A stretch of 53,736 nt of DNA, taken from a virus. Lineage: Duplodnaviria > Caudoviricetes. The notes below the pieces were generated by a model. It saw only the letters and a program-made list of their open reading frames with translations, ran no database searches and was not told the DNA's origin. The translations under genes and the position numbers were made by a program. This document shows positions 1 through 8,947 of this stretch, in pieces. Position 1 is the first letter of the stretch; each line of letters begins with the position of its first letter. The DNA lies in IMG/VR virus record IMGVR_UViG_3300037485_000603, positions 1 through 53,736 of that record, one strand, 5' to 3'.

Positions 1-9
1 TCATATTGA

Positions 10-205
10 CGGGGGTAGTTTCTGAAATATATGGGGGTGGGGTTGGGGGAATGGGAATGAAAGGGGGGGTGATTTGTATGAGTGGATTAGGGGTATTTGT
101 ATGAGTGGATTAGAGCGTAAGCTGGAGGAGGGTGGTCATCGCCGCCAAGCCCCCCTCCCCCGTGGGTGCCCTCCCGCTCCCGCCCTCCCGCTCGCCCGCC
201 CGTGT
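10..205. other. G-tract then C-tract region downstream of terS (putative packaging/genome-end region)
   Basis: Runs of G on + strand at 11-70 switch to runs of C at about 149-200; non-coding, immediately 3' of the terS-like gene. Confidence 0.4.
72..113 (+). repeat. 19-bp direct repeat ATTTGTATGAGTGGATTAG x2
   Basis: Exact copies at 72-90 and 95-113. Confidence 0.95.
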
Positions 206-226
206 ACACGCGCACGCGTTTCAACG

Positions 227-880
227 CTAGTCGGTGCCGGTCTTGCCGGCCACTAGGCGCAGGTGCTGCGCGAGGTCGCGCTTGAGTGCGTCAGGCGTTG
301 CACCCGGCGCCTTGTTGCCGGCATCGGGCTCACGGAACAGGCCAGAGGCGCGGGCCATCAGTTCGAGGGCTCTCATCTGGACCATGTCCGACCCGGCCTT
401 ACTGTGCGCCAGAAGCCTTCGCATCACGTACCGCTTCGTCGCCGCCATGTCTTCCGCCAGCGCTTCCTGCGTCTCTTCCCATGCTTCCGCGATCAGCGCT
501 TTGATCCTTGGATTGCGTCCCAGGCGATGCGCCATGACCGCCACGCTCTCATCTGTGGCGCCTGATCCATACGCATCCCGATAGGACTGTTTCAGGCTCT
601 TCCCCTCGATGACCCCTCGGGCGAAGGCGATTTGCTTGGGTGTCAGAGGCTTGACCCTCCTGTAATCAGGTGCCCCTCTTAACTGTCCGTCCTTCCTGGT
701 CCCTGGCTGCGGTGATGCCCAGGCGGCCTGTTCCGCTTCGCTCCCTTCCGGGCCGGGCTCTTGTGCGTTTACACGCTCTAGGTCCGCCTCCGCCTCTTGC
801 AGAGCCTCCAGGTACTCCATAGGGTCCGCCTTCTTCCCCCTCGCTGCCCGGGCCCGTTCAATCCCTGATGTTTCGTACAT
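227..880 (-). CDS. Terminase small subunit-like HTH protein
   Basis: LTPKQIAFARGVIEGKSLKQSYRDAY...AHRLGRNPRIKALI resembles the TerS N-terminal HTH; the start could be 820. Confidence 0.7.
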   Translation of the reverse strand: MYETSGIERARAARGKKADPMEYLEALQEAEADLERVNAQEPGPEGSEAEQAAWASPQPGTRKDGQLRGAPDYRRVKPLTPKQIAFARGVIEGKSLKQSYRDAYGSGATDESVAVMAHRLGRNPRIKALIAEAWEETQEALAEDMAATKRYVMRRLLAHSKAGSDMVQMRALELMARASGLFREPDAGNKAPGATPDALKRDLAQHLRLVAGKTGTD

Positions 881-909
881 ACCTATGCTTCCATCCAGTG
901 GTGTTCACA

Positions 910-1022
910 TTATCCACAGGTTGTTCAAACAGGGCAAGTTGTCCACATCTGTGGATAAGCCTTAGATTTGCCTCATTTTTGAGCATTTACCTATGAAGCC
1001 CTGTGGACAACTTTGTGGACAA
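910..1022. promoter_or_regulatory. Cluster of five DnaA boxes
   Basis: TTATCCACA 910-918, TTGTCCACA 939-947, TGTGGATAA 950-958, TGTGGACAA 1002-1010 and 1014-1022. Confidence 0.8.
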
Positions 1023-1115
1023 CTCGCTGGAAGCTCCGATCTATTTTTTTCCATACCCAGGTAGCCATGCCCCCCTTGCGCGTCTCCTGAGCCCTTCTAG
1101 GCCCCTTCCTGCGGC

Positions 1116-1131
1116 ATGTATGTTCATACAG
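1116..1131. promoter_or_regulatory. Possible LexA (SOS) box
   Basis: ATGTATGTTCATACAG, one mismatch to CTGT-N8-ACAG with an AT-rich core. Confidence 0.4.
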
Positions 1132-1250
1132 GTTTGTCCCTTGGGTTTACTTGGTCTTCTGTCCCTGCTACTCACGCGTGCGGGCGCACACGTTCGTCAG
1201 CTAGTCATCCGGGCTCTGCTCTGCTAGTGCATTTATCTCGCAAAACCCTA

Positions 1251-1279
1251 TTGCAAGCACCCGTTTACCACGGTATGCT
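1251..1279 (+). promoter_or_regulatory. sigma70-type early promoter
   Basis: TTGCAA-17bp-TATGCT, followed by RBS AAGGAG before ATG 1342. Confidence 0.7.
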
Positions 1280-1341
1280 CGCGGTGCCCGCAAGGGCCCC
1301 CGCAGCGAAGGTCGCAGCGGCGGTAGAAAGGAGCGATTGAG

Positions 1342-1926
1342 ATGGCTACACGCGAAGACTGGCTCATGTCCCTCGTGGATGAAGTACGCCCCCTGTTCGA
1401 GGCGCACACTGGCGCCCCCTTGCCCGCCCGCATCCGCGTGGCTTGCGGCTTCCCATCTTCTGCCCGCCGCTCGGGCGCCATCGGTGAGTGCTGGGCCGAC
1501 GCTAGCTCAAAAGATGGGCACTTCGAGATCCTGATCTCGCCCGTCCTGGACGACCCCGCGACGGTCGCAGCCACCCTGGTGCATGAGCTTTGCCATAGCC
1601 TGCCGGGTTCGATGAACCACAGCAAGACCTTCGCCACCCACGCAGCGAACATGGGCCTTGCCCCCGGCGCGAAGGGTTGGAAGAGCACCGGACCGGGCGT
1701 GGACTTCGACTCGCGCTACGGCGCGATCCTGGGTGCCCTTGGTGCCTATCCCCATGCCCAGCTTGTTATGTCTGACAAGCCAAGGCAAGCCACCAGGATG
1801 CTGAAAGCGGTTTGCCCTAGCTGCGGATACACGATCAGGTTGACGAAGAAGTGGGCCGATATGGGCCTGCCTTTGTGCCATCAGGATGGCGAGCAATTCG
1901 CCCTCGAAACCAGCGACGAGGAGTAA
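1342..1926 (+). CDS. SprT-like zinc metalloprotease with C-terminal Zn ribbon
   Basis: HELCH (HExxH) plus downstream His (NHSKTF); CPSCGYTIR...CH; strong RBS. Confidence 0.8.
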   Translation: MATREDWLMSLVDEVRPLFEAHTGAPLPARIRVACGFPSSARRSGAIGECWADASSKDGHFEILISPVLDDPATVAATLVHELCHSLPGSMNHSKTFATHAANMGLAPGAKGWKSTGPGVDFDSRYGAILGALGAYPHAQLVMSDKPRQATRMLKAVCPSCGYTIRLTKKWADMGLPLCHQDGEQFALETSDEE

Positions 1927-1930
1927 AGAG

Positions 1931-3442
1931 ATGAACACCAAGATTCTTCAGACCCTGCTGGCCCTGCCCGGGGCCCAGCTTGCCCGGGCCGCCAATGCCT
2001 TGTGCGGCGCCGCCGAGCGCACGAAGGTCGAGGCCGCCCAGGCCCTCGCCTCGCGCATCAGCGCGGGACTCTGCACGATGGAAGACGTCCGCCGCGCAAC
2101 CGCAACAGCCGGCACTCTCCCCGTCGGCGGGCTCGCTCCCCAGGCTCCAGCGCAGTTCCAGGCTCGCGTGTCGGTCAGCGCACCGACCCCGGCATTCCCC
2201 CCCCTGCCCGACCCTCGGATTGACGCAGCCGCCCAGGTAGCCGCCCGGGCCGAGGCCGAGGCCCTGCGCCTCGCCTCCCAGGTGCAGGCACTCGCCGCAT
2301 TGACGCAGACGCACAACAACGGGTTCGCCCGCGTACAAAGCGAGATATCCATCCTCGGCACGACCCTGGCCCAGGGTCTGGGCTCCCTGCGGGCAGAGGT
2401 CGCCACGCTGCGCGACTCGGGTCCCGAGGTCCGCAGCGAGATCGCTGCCCAGGTAGCCACCGCTTTGGCGCCCCTGCTCGCCCAGGCCACGCCGGAGACG
2501 GCTCCCGCAATCATCGCCTCGGTGGCCGCACCTACAGGGCAGCGCTCGACCCTGGAGGTGTTCGGGTTTGATCTGAACGATGCCAAGGGCAACCCCGTCA
2601 TGGTCGATACATGGGCAGATCCCCAGGCCGAGCAGGTCGATCCCTGCTATATCTGGACTGCCCCCCTCCTGCGCCGCATCATCATCGGCGCCGAAACCGG
2701 GCTTTGGCTCGGTGGCCCCAAGGGGACCGGGAAAAGCGAGGCCTTGCGCCAATTCGCCGCCCGCACCGGGCGCAGGTACACCCGCATCAACTTCCGAAAG
2801 TACACCAGTTCCGAGGAATACATCGGCGGCACGGGTCTGGCCGGCGGCGCAACCGCGTTCCAACCCGGACCCTTTTTGCAGGCGTTTACACACCCTGGTT
2901 GTGTCGTGCTGCTCGACGAGATAAGCAACGCCGACCCCGGGGAGCTAGCCCCGCTAAACGGGCTGCTGGAGCCCCGCGCCGCAGTCAGCATCGGCGGCAG
3001 TGTCTGGCGCCGCGCCCCCGGTGTTTACATCGCCGCCGCCGATAACACGCTCGGGTCGGGTGACCAGTCGGGCCGGTACGCCGGCACCCGGGGGATGAAC
3101 AGTGCCCTTATGGACCGCTTTGGTCTTGTTGCGAGGATGGACTACCTGCCCAAACAGCTTGAGATCGATGCCCTGCGCCGCCACACAGGCTGCTCCCAGG
3201 CCCTGGCCGAGCACGTCATGGGCGCGATCCAGGTATGCCGCGCCAAGGTCGACACAGGCGAGGTCGTGGACGCGCCCAGCATCCGCAGCGCGGTGGCCTT
3301 TATTCGGGCACTGCGCTTGATGCCAGTAGCTGAAGCCTGGGCGGACACCATCGTTGCCCGCCAGCCGGTCGAGTCCCATCCCGCCCTGGCCGCGATCTAC
3401 TCCGCGACGATCAACCACGAAACCATCGAGGCCGCACTGTGA
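1931..3442 (+). CDS. MoxR/CbbQ-NirQ-NorQ (CobS-like) AAA+ ATPase
   Basis: Walker A GPKGTGKS, Walker B VLLDEI, AADNT and ALMDRF motifs; N-terminal helical region. Confidence 0.88.
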   Translation: MNTKILQTLLALPGAQLARAANALCGAAERTKVEAAQALASRISAGLCTMEDVRRATATAGTLPVGGLAPQAPAQFQARVSVSAPTPAFPPLPDPRIDAAAQVAARAEAEALRLASQVQALAALTQTHNNGFARVQSEISILGTTLAQGLGSLRAEVATLRDSGPEVRSEIAAQVATALAPLLAQATPETAPAIIASVAAPTGQRSTLEVFGFDLNDAKGNPVMVDTWADPQAEQVDPCYIWTAPLLRRIIIGAETGLWLGGPKGTGKSEALRQFAARTGRRYTRINFRKYTSSEEYIGGTGLAGGATAFQPGPFLQAFTHPGCVVLLDEISNADPGELAPLNGLLEPRAAVSIGGSVWRRAPGVYIAAADNTLGSGDQSGRYAGTRGMNSALMDRFGLVARMDYLPKQLEIDALRRHTGCSQALAEHVMGAIQVCRAKVDTGEVVDAPSIRSAVAFIRALRLMPVAEAWADTIVARQPVESHPALAAIYSATINHETIEAAL

Positions 3443-5040
3443 CCCAGGTAACAGACACCATCCGCGCCCTGCTCGGGCGCCCGACGATCCACGGGTATCA
3501 GGCCCGCCACGGCCTGGAAACTTTCGCGCACGTTGCTTGCTCGTCCCTTGGCCTGCCCCCCGTGCGCGTCCACTGGCAGGCCGGGGTCCAGACTGCGGCA
3601 ATCAACCGCAGCGGGGATCTGATGCTCTCGGATATCCGCGACGACGCCCAGGTGCGCCGGGCGCAATTTGTCCGCTGGGTCGGGTACGTGGTCCACGAAC
3701 TCCTCCACCGGCGGTATACGGACTTTGGCGCCAGGGATGGCCGGTCTTACGTGGACGCGCTCCACAACGCCCTCGAAGACGCATGGATCGAGTCCCGGGC
3801 CATCCGCGAGGGACTGCTCGGCAACATCTCCGGGGTACTCCGCGAGCTTATCGACGGGATGACTTCCGAGGCTATCGCCTCGGGCCATGACTGGTCCGAT
3901 CCCCGTCAGTATCCCTACAGTATTGCCGTTTACACGCGCCCCCATGCCAGCATCAAGGCCCCGGTGCCGGCCACGCTCCTGCCGGTATGGCGCGAGGCCC
4001 TGGCACGTATCGCCCTGGCCAATAGCTCGCATGACACCCTGGCAGTGGCCCGCTGGGTATACGACCAACTGCAGATCCCGCCGCAGCAACAGCAGCAGCA
4101 GCAACAGCAGCAGCAACAGCAGGGCAAAGCCGGAGGCGCCCAGGCAGGAGGCGCCCAGGCAGGCGACGCCCAGGCAGGCGACGCCCAGGACGCCCAAGAC
4201 GGAAAACCCCGGGCCGGATACGCCGAGGTGCCCGACGCTGGCCCCGCGCAGGCCCCTAAGGCGCACCAGGGCACGCTCGAAACCGAGCCCGAGATGCAGG
4301 GCGGCGGCGGCGCGGGATTCGGGCCTACCGGGGTTCTGGAGCGCGCCGCACTGCACTCGTTTGACCGCTACGAGATCAAACATCAGATCCCGGGCGGACT
4401 GCGCTATCAAGTTCGCCGACTACTGGAGTGCTCCGGGCGCGAAGACCTGGACTCGCACCGGCTCGCTGGTAGCCTGGACACGCGGCGCATCGCCGCCTCG
4501 GCCTGGACCGAAAGGGTCTTCGCCCGCCGGATCGAGGAGGCCGGGATCGAGGCCGCTGTAGTTGTTCTGCTCGACATGAGCGGGTCGATGGGTGGCGAAC
4601 GTGCTCCGGTCGCTATCCCTGCCGCCCTGGCCCTGCTGGAGACTGTCGAGGCGGCGCAAGCCTCGGTCATGGGTGCAGTTTTTGGCGACGAGGTGGCGCC
4701 CTTCAAGCGCTGGACCGAGACAACCCGCCGCGTCACTCCCCAGGCCCGCCGCCTGATGCTGGCCGGGGGGACCAATGACTACTACGCTATCCGATGGGCG
4801 CACGATCAACTCCTGCGCCACCCTGCGCCACGCAAGGTTGTCCTGGTCTTAACCGACGGAGTCGGGGACGGGTACAAGGCTCGCGCCCAGATTGCTAGCG
4901 GCTCGCGCCTGGGTGTCCAGACCATCGGTATCGGGATACAGGCAGACGTCTCCAATGTCTACGGGCACGGCTCACCCTGCGTTGTGTCGCTGGCAGACCT
5001 GGGTTCTGTCGCATTCCAGCAAATCAAGCAAGCCGCTTGA
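3439..5040 (+). CDS. VWA-domain protein (CobT-like partner of the AAA ATPase) with N-terminal HExxH
   Basis: HELLH and NALED N-terminal motifs; MIDAS DMSGSM...GGT...TDG; GTGA overlap with the ATPase gene. Confidence 0.85.
   Translation: MTQVTDTIRALLGRPTIHGYQARHGLETFAHVACSSLGLPPVRVHWQAGVQTAAINRSGDLMLSDIRDDAQVRRAQFVRWVGYVVHELLHRRYTDFGARDGRSYVDALHNALEDAWIESRAIREGLLGNISGVLRELIDGMTSEAIASGHDWSDPRQYPYSIAVYTRPHASIKAPVPATLLPVWREALARIALANSSHDTLAVARWVYDQLQIPPQQQQQQQQQQQQQGKAGGAQAGGAQAGDAQAGDAQDAQDGKPRAGYAEVPDAGPAQAPKAHQGTLETEPEMQGGGGAGFGPTGVLERAALHSFDRYEIKHQIPGGLRYQVRRLLECSGREDLDSHRLAGSLDTRRIAASAWTERVFARRIEEAGIEAAVVVLLDMSGSMGGERAPVAIPAALALLETVEAAQASVMGAVFGDEVAPFKRWTETTRRVTPQARRLMLAGGTNDYYAIRWAHDQLLRHPAPRKVVLVLTDGVGDGYKARAQIASGSRLGVQTIGIGIQADVSNVYGHGSPCVVSLADLGSVAFQQIKQAA
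4084..4188 (+). repeat. In-frame CAG/CAA poly-Q13 tract plus 4 x 15-bp (AG[GD]AQ) repeats
   Basis: 13 Gln codons at 4084-4122; GCMGGMGRCGCCCAG x4 at 4129-4188. Confidence 0.95.
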
Positions 5041-5084
5041 AACCAGTAGCCCCCCACTGGGGGTATCAACAGGAGTGTTTAAAC

Positions 5085-5273
5085 GTGACTTCAATTTTGG
5101 ACATTTATCACCGACCGACGGTTTCGCGCGAGTACAAAACAGCCGACGATTTCGCCGCGCAAGTAGTCGGCTCAGAGGATCTGGACGAGATCGATATCGT
5201 CGCGCTGGAGACCGATGCAAAAGAGTTTTGGCGCGGTTGCCGCGTGGACTTCCCCGTGGGGGCGCAGCAATGA
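5085..5273 (+). CDS. hypothetical protein
   Basis: AGGAG RBS then GTG; ATGA coupling to the next ORF. Confidence 0.6.
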   Translation: MTSILDIYHRPTVSREYKTADDFAAQVVGSEDLDEIDIVALETDAKEFWRGCRVDFPVGAQQ

Positions 5274-5593
5274 TTGACTCAATCATCAGAGCCCTGGACG
5301 CCGGCAGGGACTGCGCAATAGCCGCAGGCGAGGCGGACTATCAATACGCCCAGCGACTCGACCGCCAGGGTATGCAGGGCTCCGCCGCCCGGGCGAACGA
5401 TAGCTACAGGCAGCGCATGGCCGCGCTGCAGGTGATCGAGACGGCACGGGCGCAAGCGCGACTGCTCCCGGAACTGATGGACGCACTGCGCTGGGCGCTG
5501 TCCCAGGTGGAGGACGACATGGACCCGGACCACCGGGCCGCGCTCACCGCAGCCCGCAAGGTGCTGGCCCTGGCCGAGGAGGGGCAGCCATGA
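5270..5593 (+). CDS. hypothetical protein
   Basis: Coupled ORF; C-terminal ...PELMDALRWAL...AARKVLA is typical of small phage proteins. Confidence 0.7.
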   Translation: MIDSIIRALDAGRDCAIAAGEADYQYAQRLDRQGMQGSAARANDSYRQRMAALQVIETARAQARLLPELMDALRWALSQVEDDMDPDHRAALTAARKVLALAEEGQP

Positions 5594-5889
5594 ACAAAAA
5601 AGGCGCAATGCAGGCATCCCGTTACTGCGTCCATGTCTACCGATGGGGGCGCAACTGGACCATGTCCTGCCCTTGGGACATGTCCAGCCCGATGGGGCAC
5701 TACACCGTGCATCAGTACTCGACCTACGTCCAGGCCCGCCGCGCCGCAGCCTGCGCCCGGGCAGAGGTTGTCCTGTCCATGATGGGTCGCCTGTCCGAGG
5801 AGGCTCGGGCAGAGATCCATTGGTATTCATCCGATCCGTACAAGGATCGTTCGTTCCGTGCCCTGGTTAAGGCCGGTCTTAGCGTGTAA
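5590..5889 (+). CDS. hypothetical protein
   Basis: GAGGAGG RBS, ATGA overlap. Confidence 0.6.
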   Translation: MNKKGAMQASRYCVHVYRWGRNWTMSCPWDMSSPMGHYTVHQYSTYVQARRAAACARAEVVLSMMGRLSEEARAEIHWYSSDPYKDRSFRALVKAGLSV

Positions 5890-5901
5890 ACAGGAGACGT
5901 C

Positions 5902-6264
5902 ATGGAAAGGCGGGAGTACTACGGACAGATCCAGTGCGTAGAGAATCGTTTCGCCGCCAGGATTTGGCGATCCCGGAACGAAGAAATTCCGGACTGCGAG
6001 CCGTTCGGAATGTCCTCGGACTACGAGGTGGATCCGTGGAGGTTGGTCCACGAGAAGGAGTTTTTGAGGAAGGTCATGGAAAACACCTTCCTCACCCCGA
6101 GGGAAATGCGGGTAATTGATGAGCGTTTTTTCAGCGATCAAACGCTGGATGAGATTGCTCATCGGCACGACATAACGCGGGAGAGAGTCCGCCAGATACT
6201 GGAAAAAGCCCTTAGGAAACTGAGGATAGTTGCTAGCAGGGAGTTTAAACATGAACACGCATAA
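5902..6264 (+). CDS. Stand-alone sigma70 region 4 HTH protein
   Basis: LTPREMRVI...TLDEIAHRHDITRERVRQILEKALRKLR closely matches RpoD region 4.2. Confidence 0.85.
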   Translation: MERREYYGQIQCVENRFAARIWRSRNEEIPDCEPFGMSSDYEVDPWRLVHEKEFLRKVMENTFLTPREMRVIDERFFSDQTLDEIAHRHDITRERVRQILEKALRKLRIVASREFKHEHA

Positions 6265-6619
6265 GCTCGCCATTGGGATCATCCGAGAGGTTGCTCTCGG
6301 GAAGCGCGAGGCATGGGATGTTCTGTGCCTCGTGGCCGAGCATGAGCCCGACGCACTGTGCCGGTCACTCGGGATCTCGATCCCTCCCGGCTATGCCCGG
6401 GGAGGGTCAGCGACCCCGTCATGGGTCGAGGAGGCCCGCCAGTTCACCGTGGCGGGCAATAAGATCATGGCGATCAAGCACGTCCGAACCCATAGGGGCT
6501 ATAGCCTCAAGCAGGCGAAGGACGTTGTCGAGTACGCCGCAGGCTTGAGCAGCCAGGATGCCATGCGCGAGGCTCTGGCTACCTGGGTTCCCCCGTCAAT
6601 CAACGAATGCCCGTTCTGA
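6251..6619 (+). CDS. Protein with ribosomal protein L7/L12 (bL12) C-terminal-like domain
   Basis: GNKIMAIKHVRTHRGYSLKQAKDVVE resembles the bL12 CTD motif KIxxIKxVRxxTGLGLKEAKDLVE. Confidence 0.75.
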   Translation: MNTHKLAIGIIREVALGKREAWDVLCLVAEHEPDALCRSLGISIPPGYARGGSATPSWVEEARQFTVAGNKIMAIKHVRTHRGYSLKQAKDVVEYAAGLSSQDAMREALATWVPPSINECPF

Positions 6620-6621
6620 TC

Positions 6622-6690
6622 ATGACCGACCGCAATCTTTTGATCGTTTACATAATCATCACGATCCTGCTGCTGACCGGGGTCATATGA
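6622..6690 (+). CDS. Possible 22-aa membrane peptide
   Basis: MTDRNLLIVYIIITILLLTGVI; fills the gap and couples by ATGA to the next ORF. Confidence 0.4.
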   Translation: MTDRNLLIVYIIITILLLTGVI

Positions 6691-6923
6691 TCAAGACCAT
6701 CACCCACCATGCCCCACAGTTTTTGAAGGACACATGGAAGCACCATCAGGTTTCATTGGTTCTGGTGCCGACGATTGACCATGTGCTGGCCGGCGAGCTG
6801 TTCATTGAGTGGCAGGGCAAGGCCTACGGACTCTATAGACTGACCCAAGACCGGGCGCCTCGGTTCATCGGTCTATACAGGGACATCATGGGAGCCCTGT
6901 TTAAAGCAGAGCAGCTGGACTGA
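6687..6923 (+). CDS. hypothetical protein
   Basis: Last ORF before the terminator. Confidence 0.6.
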   Translation: MIKTITHHAPQFLKDTWKHHQVSLVLVPTIDHVLAGELFIEWQGKAYGLYRLTQDRAPRFIGLYRDIMGALFKAEQLD

Positions 6924-6944
6924 AATCGACCATTTCAATCCAAG

Positions 6945-6974
6945 AAAAACGGGGCCTCGGCCCCGTTGTCTTTT
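6945..6974. terminator. Bidirectional rho-independent terminator
   Basis: AAAAACGGGGCC-TC-GGCCCCGTTGTCTTTT between convergent operons. Confidence 0.85.
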
Positions 6975-6975
6975 G

Positions 6976-8673
6976 TCAGAACGCGTCTAGGTTCTCGCTG
7001 TACGTCCCTGCGGTACGGTTGAAGAGGAGGGTCGTTTCTCCCTGCGTCCCGACCCACCGATACCGGCACTTCCAAACTGCGATCTCGACGTACCTATCCT
7101 GCCGGTGGACCGTCAAGCCGCAGTCTGCCTTAGCCCACCATGCCATGGACCCGCTGATGCTCATGCCATCCGGCCGGGGTTGATCTGTCCCTGACCGCGC
7201 CATCTTCGATGGGTGAGCAACGAACCATGTGTGAACATCCTGCGCCTTGCAAAACCTTTGGACCCTGGTCAGCATCTGACTGATAGCGTCAGTTTCTGTC
7301 GTGTCCTTACGGTCTAGATCGATGTAGTTGTACGGGTCTATGACCATTCCCCGCACACCCATGCGCTTGACTGCTGCCCGGGCTCTGGTCAGGATGCTAT
7401 CCAGAGTGTTGGGCTCTTCCCCCGCTGAGTCGATGAAGAGGAAGTGCTCCTTGACCCATGTAAACGCCTCCTCCTTCTCCTTCTCGGTCATCCGGTCTCG
7501 ACCCTCGAAAAACCTTTTGTGTGTGTAGATTTCCATCAACCTGCTGATGTGGATCTCTGGGGAGTTCTCGAAGGATGCAACGGCAAACTTCCAATCGCTC
7601 TTCCTGGCGAGGTTGACCATCAACTGATCAACGAAATTGGACTTGCCCGAAGATGGATAGCCAGTGACCACGGTCAACTGCCCAGGAGCCACCGTGTAAA
7701 TGCTGTCGAGTGCGGGATACCCGGTGCTGAACCCCGAGCCCTGCCCCTTGGAGTAAAGGTCGTTTACACGTTCCTCGAAGGTGCTGGCGTCCGACAGGCC
7801 TGCGATGGGGTACGGATCCGCCGCCTCCACGATAGCCCGCACATCCTCCTTGCCATTCCGAGAGGGGTCATTGAGGATCTCGTTGAAATCCTTGGCATCG
7901 AACTTTGCCAATCGGCACTTGTCCTTGCCAATCCTTCTGGCAAGCTCTTCAGCCAATGCTTGCCCCGGCGGATCCTGATCTGTTGCAAGAACGACGTAAG
8001 GAACAGCATCAAGGAGTTCGCGTGCGTTCCATACAAATGCGAACTTCTTGTCTTCAGATGGAAGAACCTTCCCATCTGCCACCTTCAGTGGAGCGCCACC
8101 CGGCACTGAGACTACGTTCTCGATGCCTGCTTCCTTGGCAGACAGGACATCTATCTCTCCTTCGACGATGACCAGTGGCTTGGTCTTGTCTGCCCACTGC
8201 ATCCCAAAGAAGTCATGCGCCCCGCCGGAGTCTTGTGTAAATGCCTTGTCCGGGACTGCCCGATATTTCACTGCGACCATCACCCCGTCTCTGAAGTACG
8301 GGAACCCAATCGCCTCTGCCTCCTTGTCCAGCTTGTTGAAGTACTTCCTTGTGGAGAAGAGCTTGGCCTCGTCTGATGTCAGCCTTGATATACCCCGGCC
8401 TTCAAGCCAAGCGTAGTGTTCCTCTGTAAGCCTTGCGTCCTCGATCTTGGGGACTGCTTGCACGTATCTCTCCTTCCTGTGTTCTCTGTTATCCCTTGAA
8501 GGGATGATTCCGTTTACACCGCAGTGATGGCAAAAGTAGAGCACTGACCCGTCTTCTTTACGGGTCAGGGTCATGTCTTTGCTTCTTGTTTTTTTCCTAT
8601 CCCTGGTGCATTCGGGACAGGCTACGCGGGCGTGGTCGTTGAAATGTGTTTGCTCAAGGACCGCTTCGATCAT
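6976..8673 (-). CDS. T7 gp4/Twinkle-type DNA primase-helicase
   Basis: Zn finger CPEC...CHHC, TOPRIM (EGEID, DQD), SF4 helicase (TGYPSSGKS, IDPYN, VAHP, ISGS). Confidence 0.93.
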   Translation of the reverse strand: MIEAVLEQTHFNDHARVACPECTRDRKKTRSKDMTLTRKEDGSVLYFCHHCGVNGIIPSRDNREHRKERYVQAVPKIEDARLTEEHYAWLEGRGISRLTSDEAKLFSTRKYFNKLDKEAEAIGFPYFRDGVMVAVKYRAVPDKAFTQDSGGAHDFFGMQWADKTKPLVIVEGEIDVLSAKEAGIENVVSVPGGAPLKVADGKVLPSEDKKFAFVWNARELLDAVPYVVLATDQDPPGQALAEELARRIGKDKCRLAKFDAKDFNEILNDPSRNGKEDVRAIVEAADPYPIAGLSDASTFEERVNDLYSKGQGSGFSTGYPALDSIYTVAPGQLTVVTGYPSSGKSNFVDQLMVNLARKSDWKFAVASFENSPEIHISRLMEIYTHKRFFEGRDRMTEKEKEEAFTWVKEHFLFIDSAGEEPNTLDSILTRARAAVKRMGVRGMVIDPYNYIDLDRKDTTETDAISQMLTRVQRFCKAQDVHTWFVAHPSKMARSGTDQPRPDGMSISGSMAWWAKADCGLTVHRQDRYVEIAVWKCRYRWVGTQGETTLLFNRTAGTYSENLDAF

Positions 8674-8947
8674 CTACGTTCCCGTCGAACAGATCGTGTT
8701 GATTGCGACCATGTTCAACATGGCTCTCGATGATGTTCTTGATCTTCACTTCCCAACTGCTGGGATACAAAGCGAAGCAATGGCTTCCGGCGCCATTGGT
8801 CTTTGGCCTATTGTCCTTGGGCGGCTGTTCGCCGAACTCCCTGTAATAAATGGAAGCCATCTCAGAGCCGACAGACCACGCAGTTTTTTTGTCAAGCGTC
8901 ACGCCCATGTTGCGGGCCACTTGTGGAACTGTGATCCTCTGATTCAT
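8654..8947 (-). CDS. hypothetical protein
   Basis: Coupled ORF in the replication operon. Confidence 0.65.
   Translation of the reverse strand: MNQRITVPQVARNMGVTLDKKTAWSVGSEMASIYYREFGEQPPKDNRPKTNGAGSHCFALYPSSWEVKIKNIIESHVEHGRNQHDLFDGNVDDRSGP

Noticed and set aside
1931-5040. CobS/CobT as cobalamin biosynthesis auxiliary genes
   Set aside because: No cobN or other cob genes; a generic MoxR-VWA pair explains the motifs
5050-5063. CCCCC-ACT-GGGGG hairpin after the VWA gene as a terminator
   Set aside because: Short stem with no U-tract; could be a processing site but is unsupported
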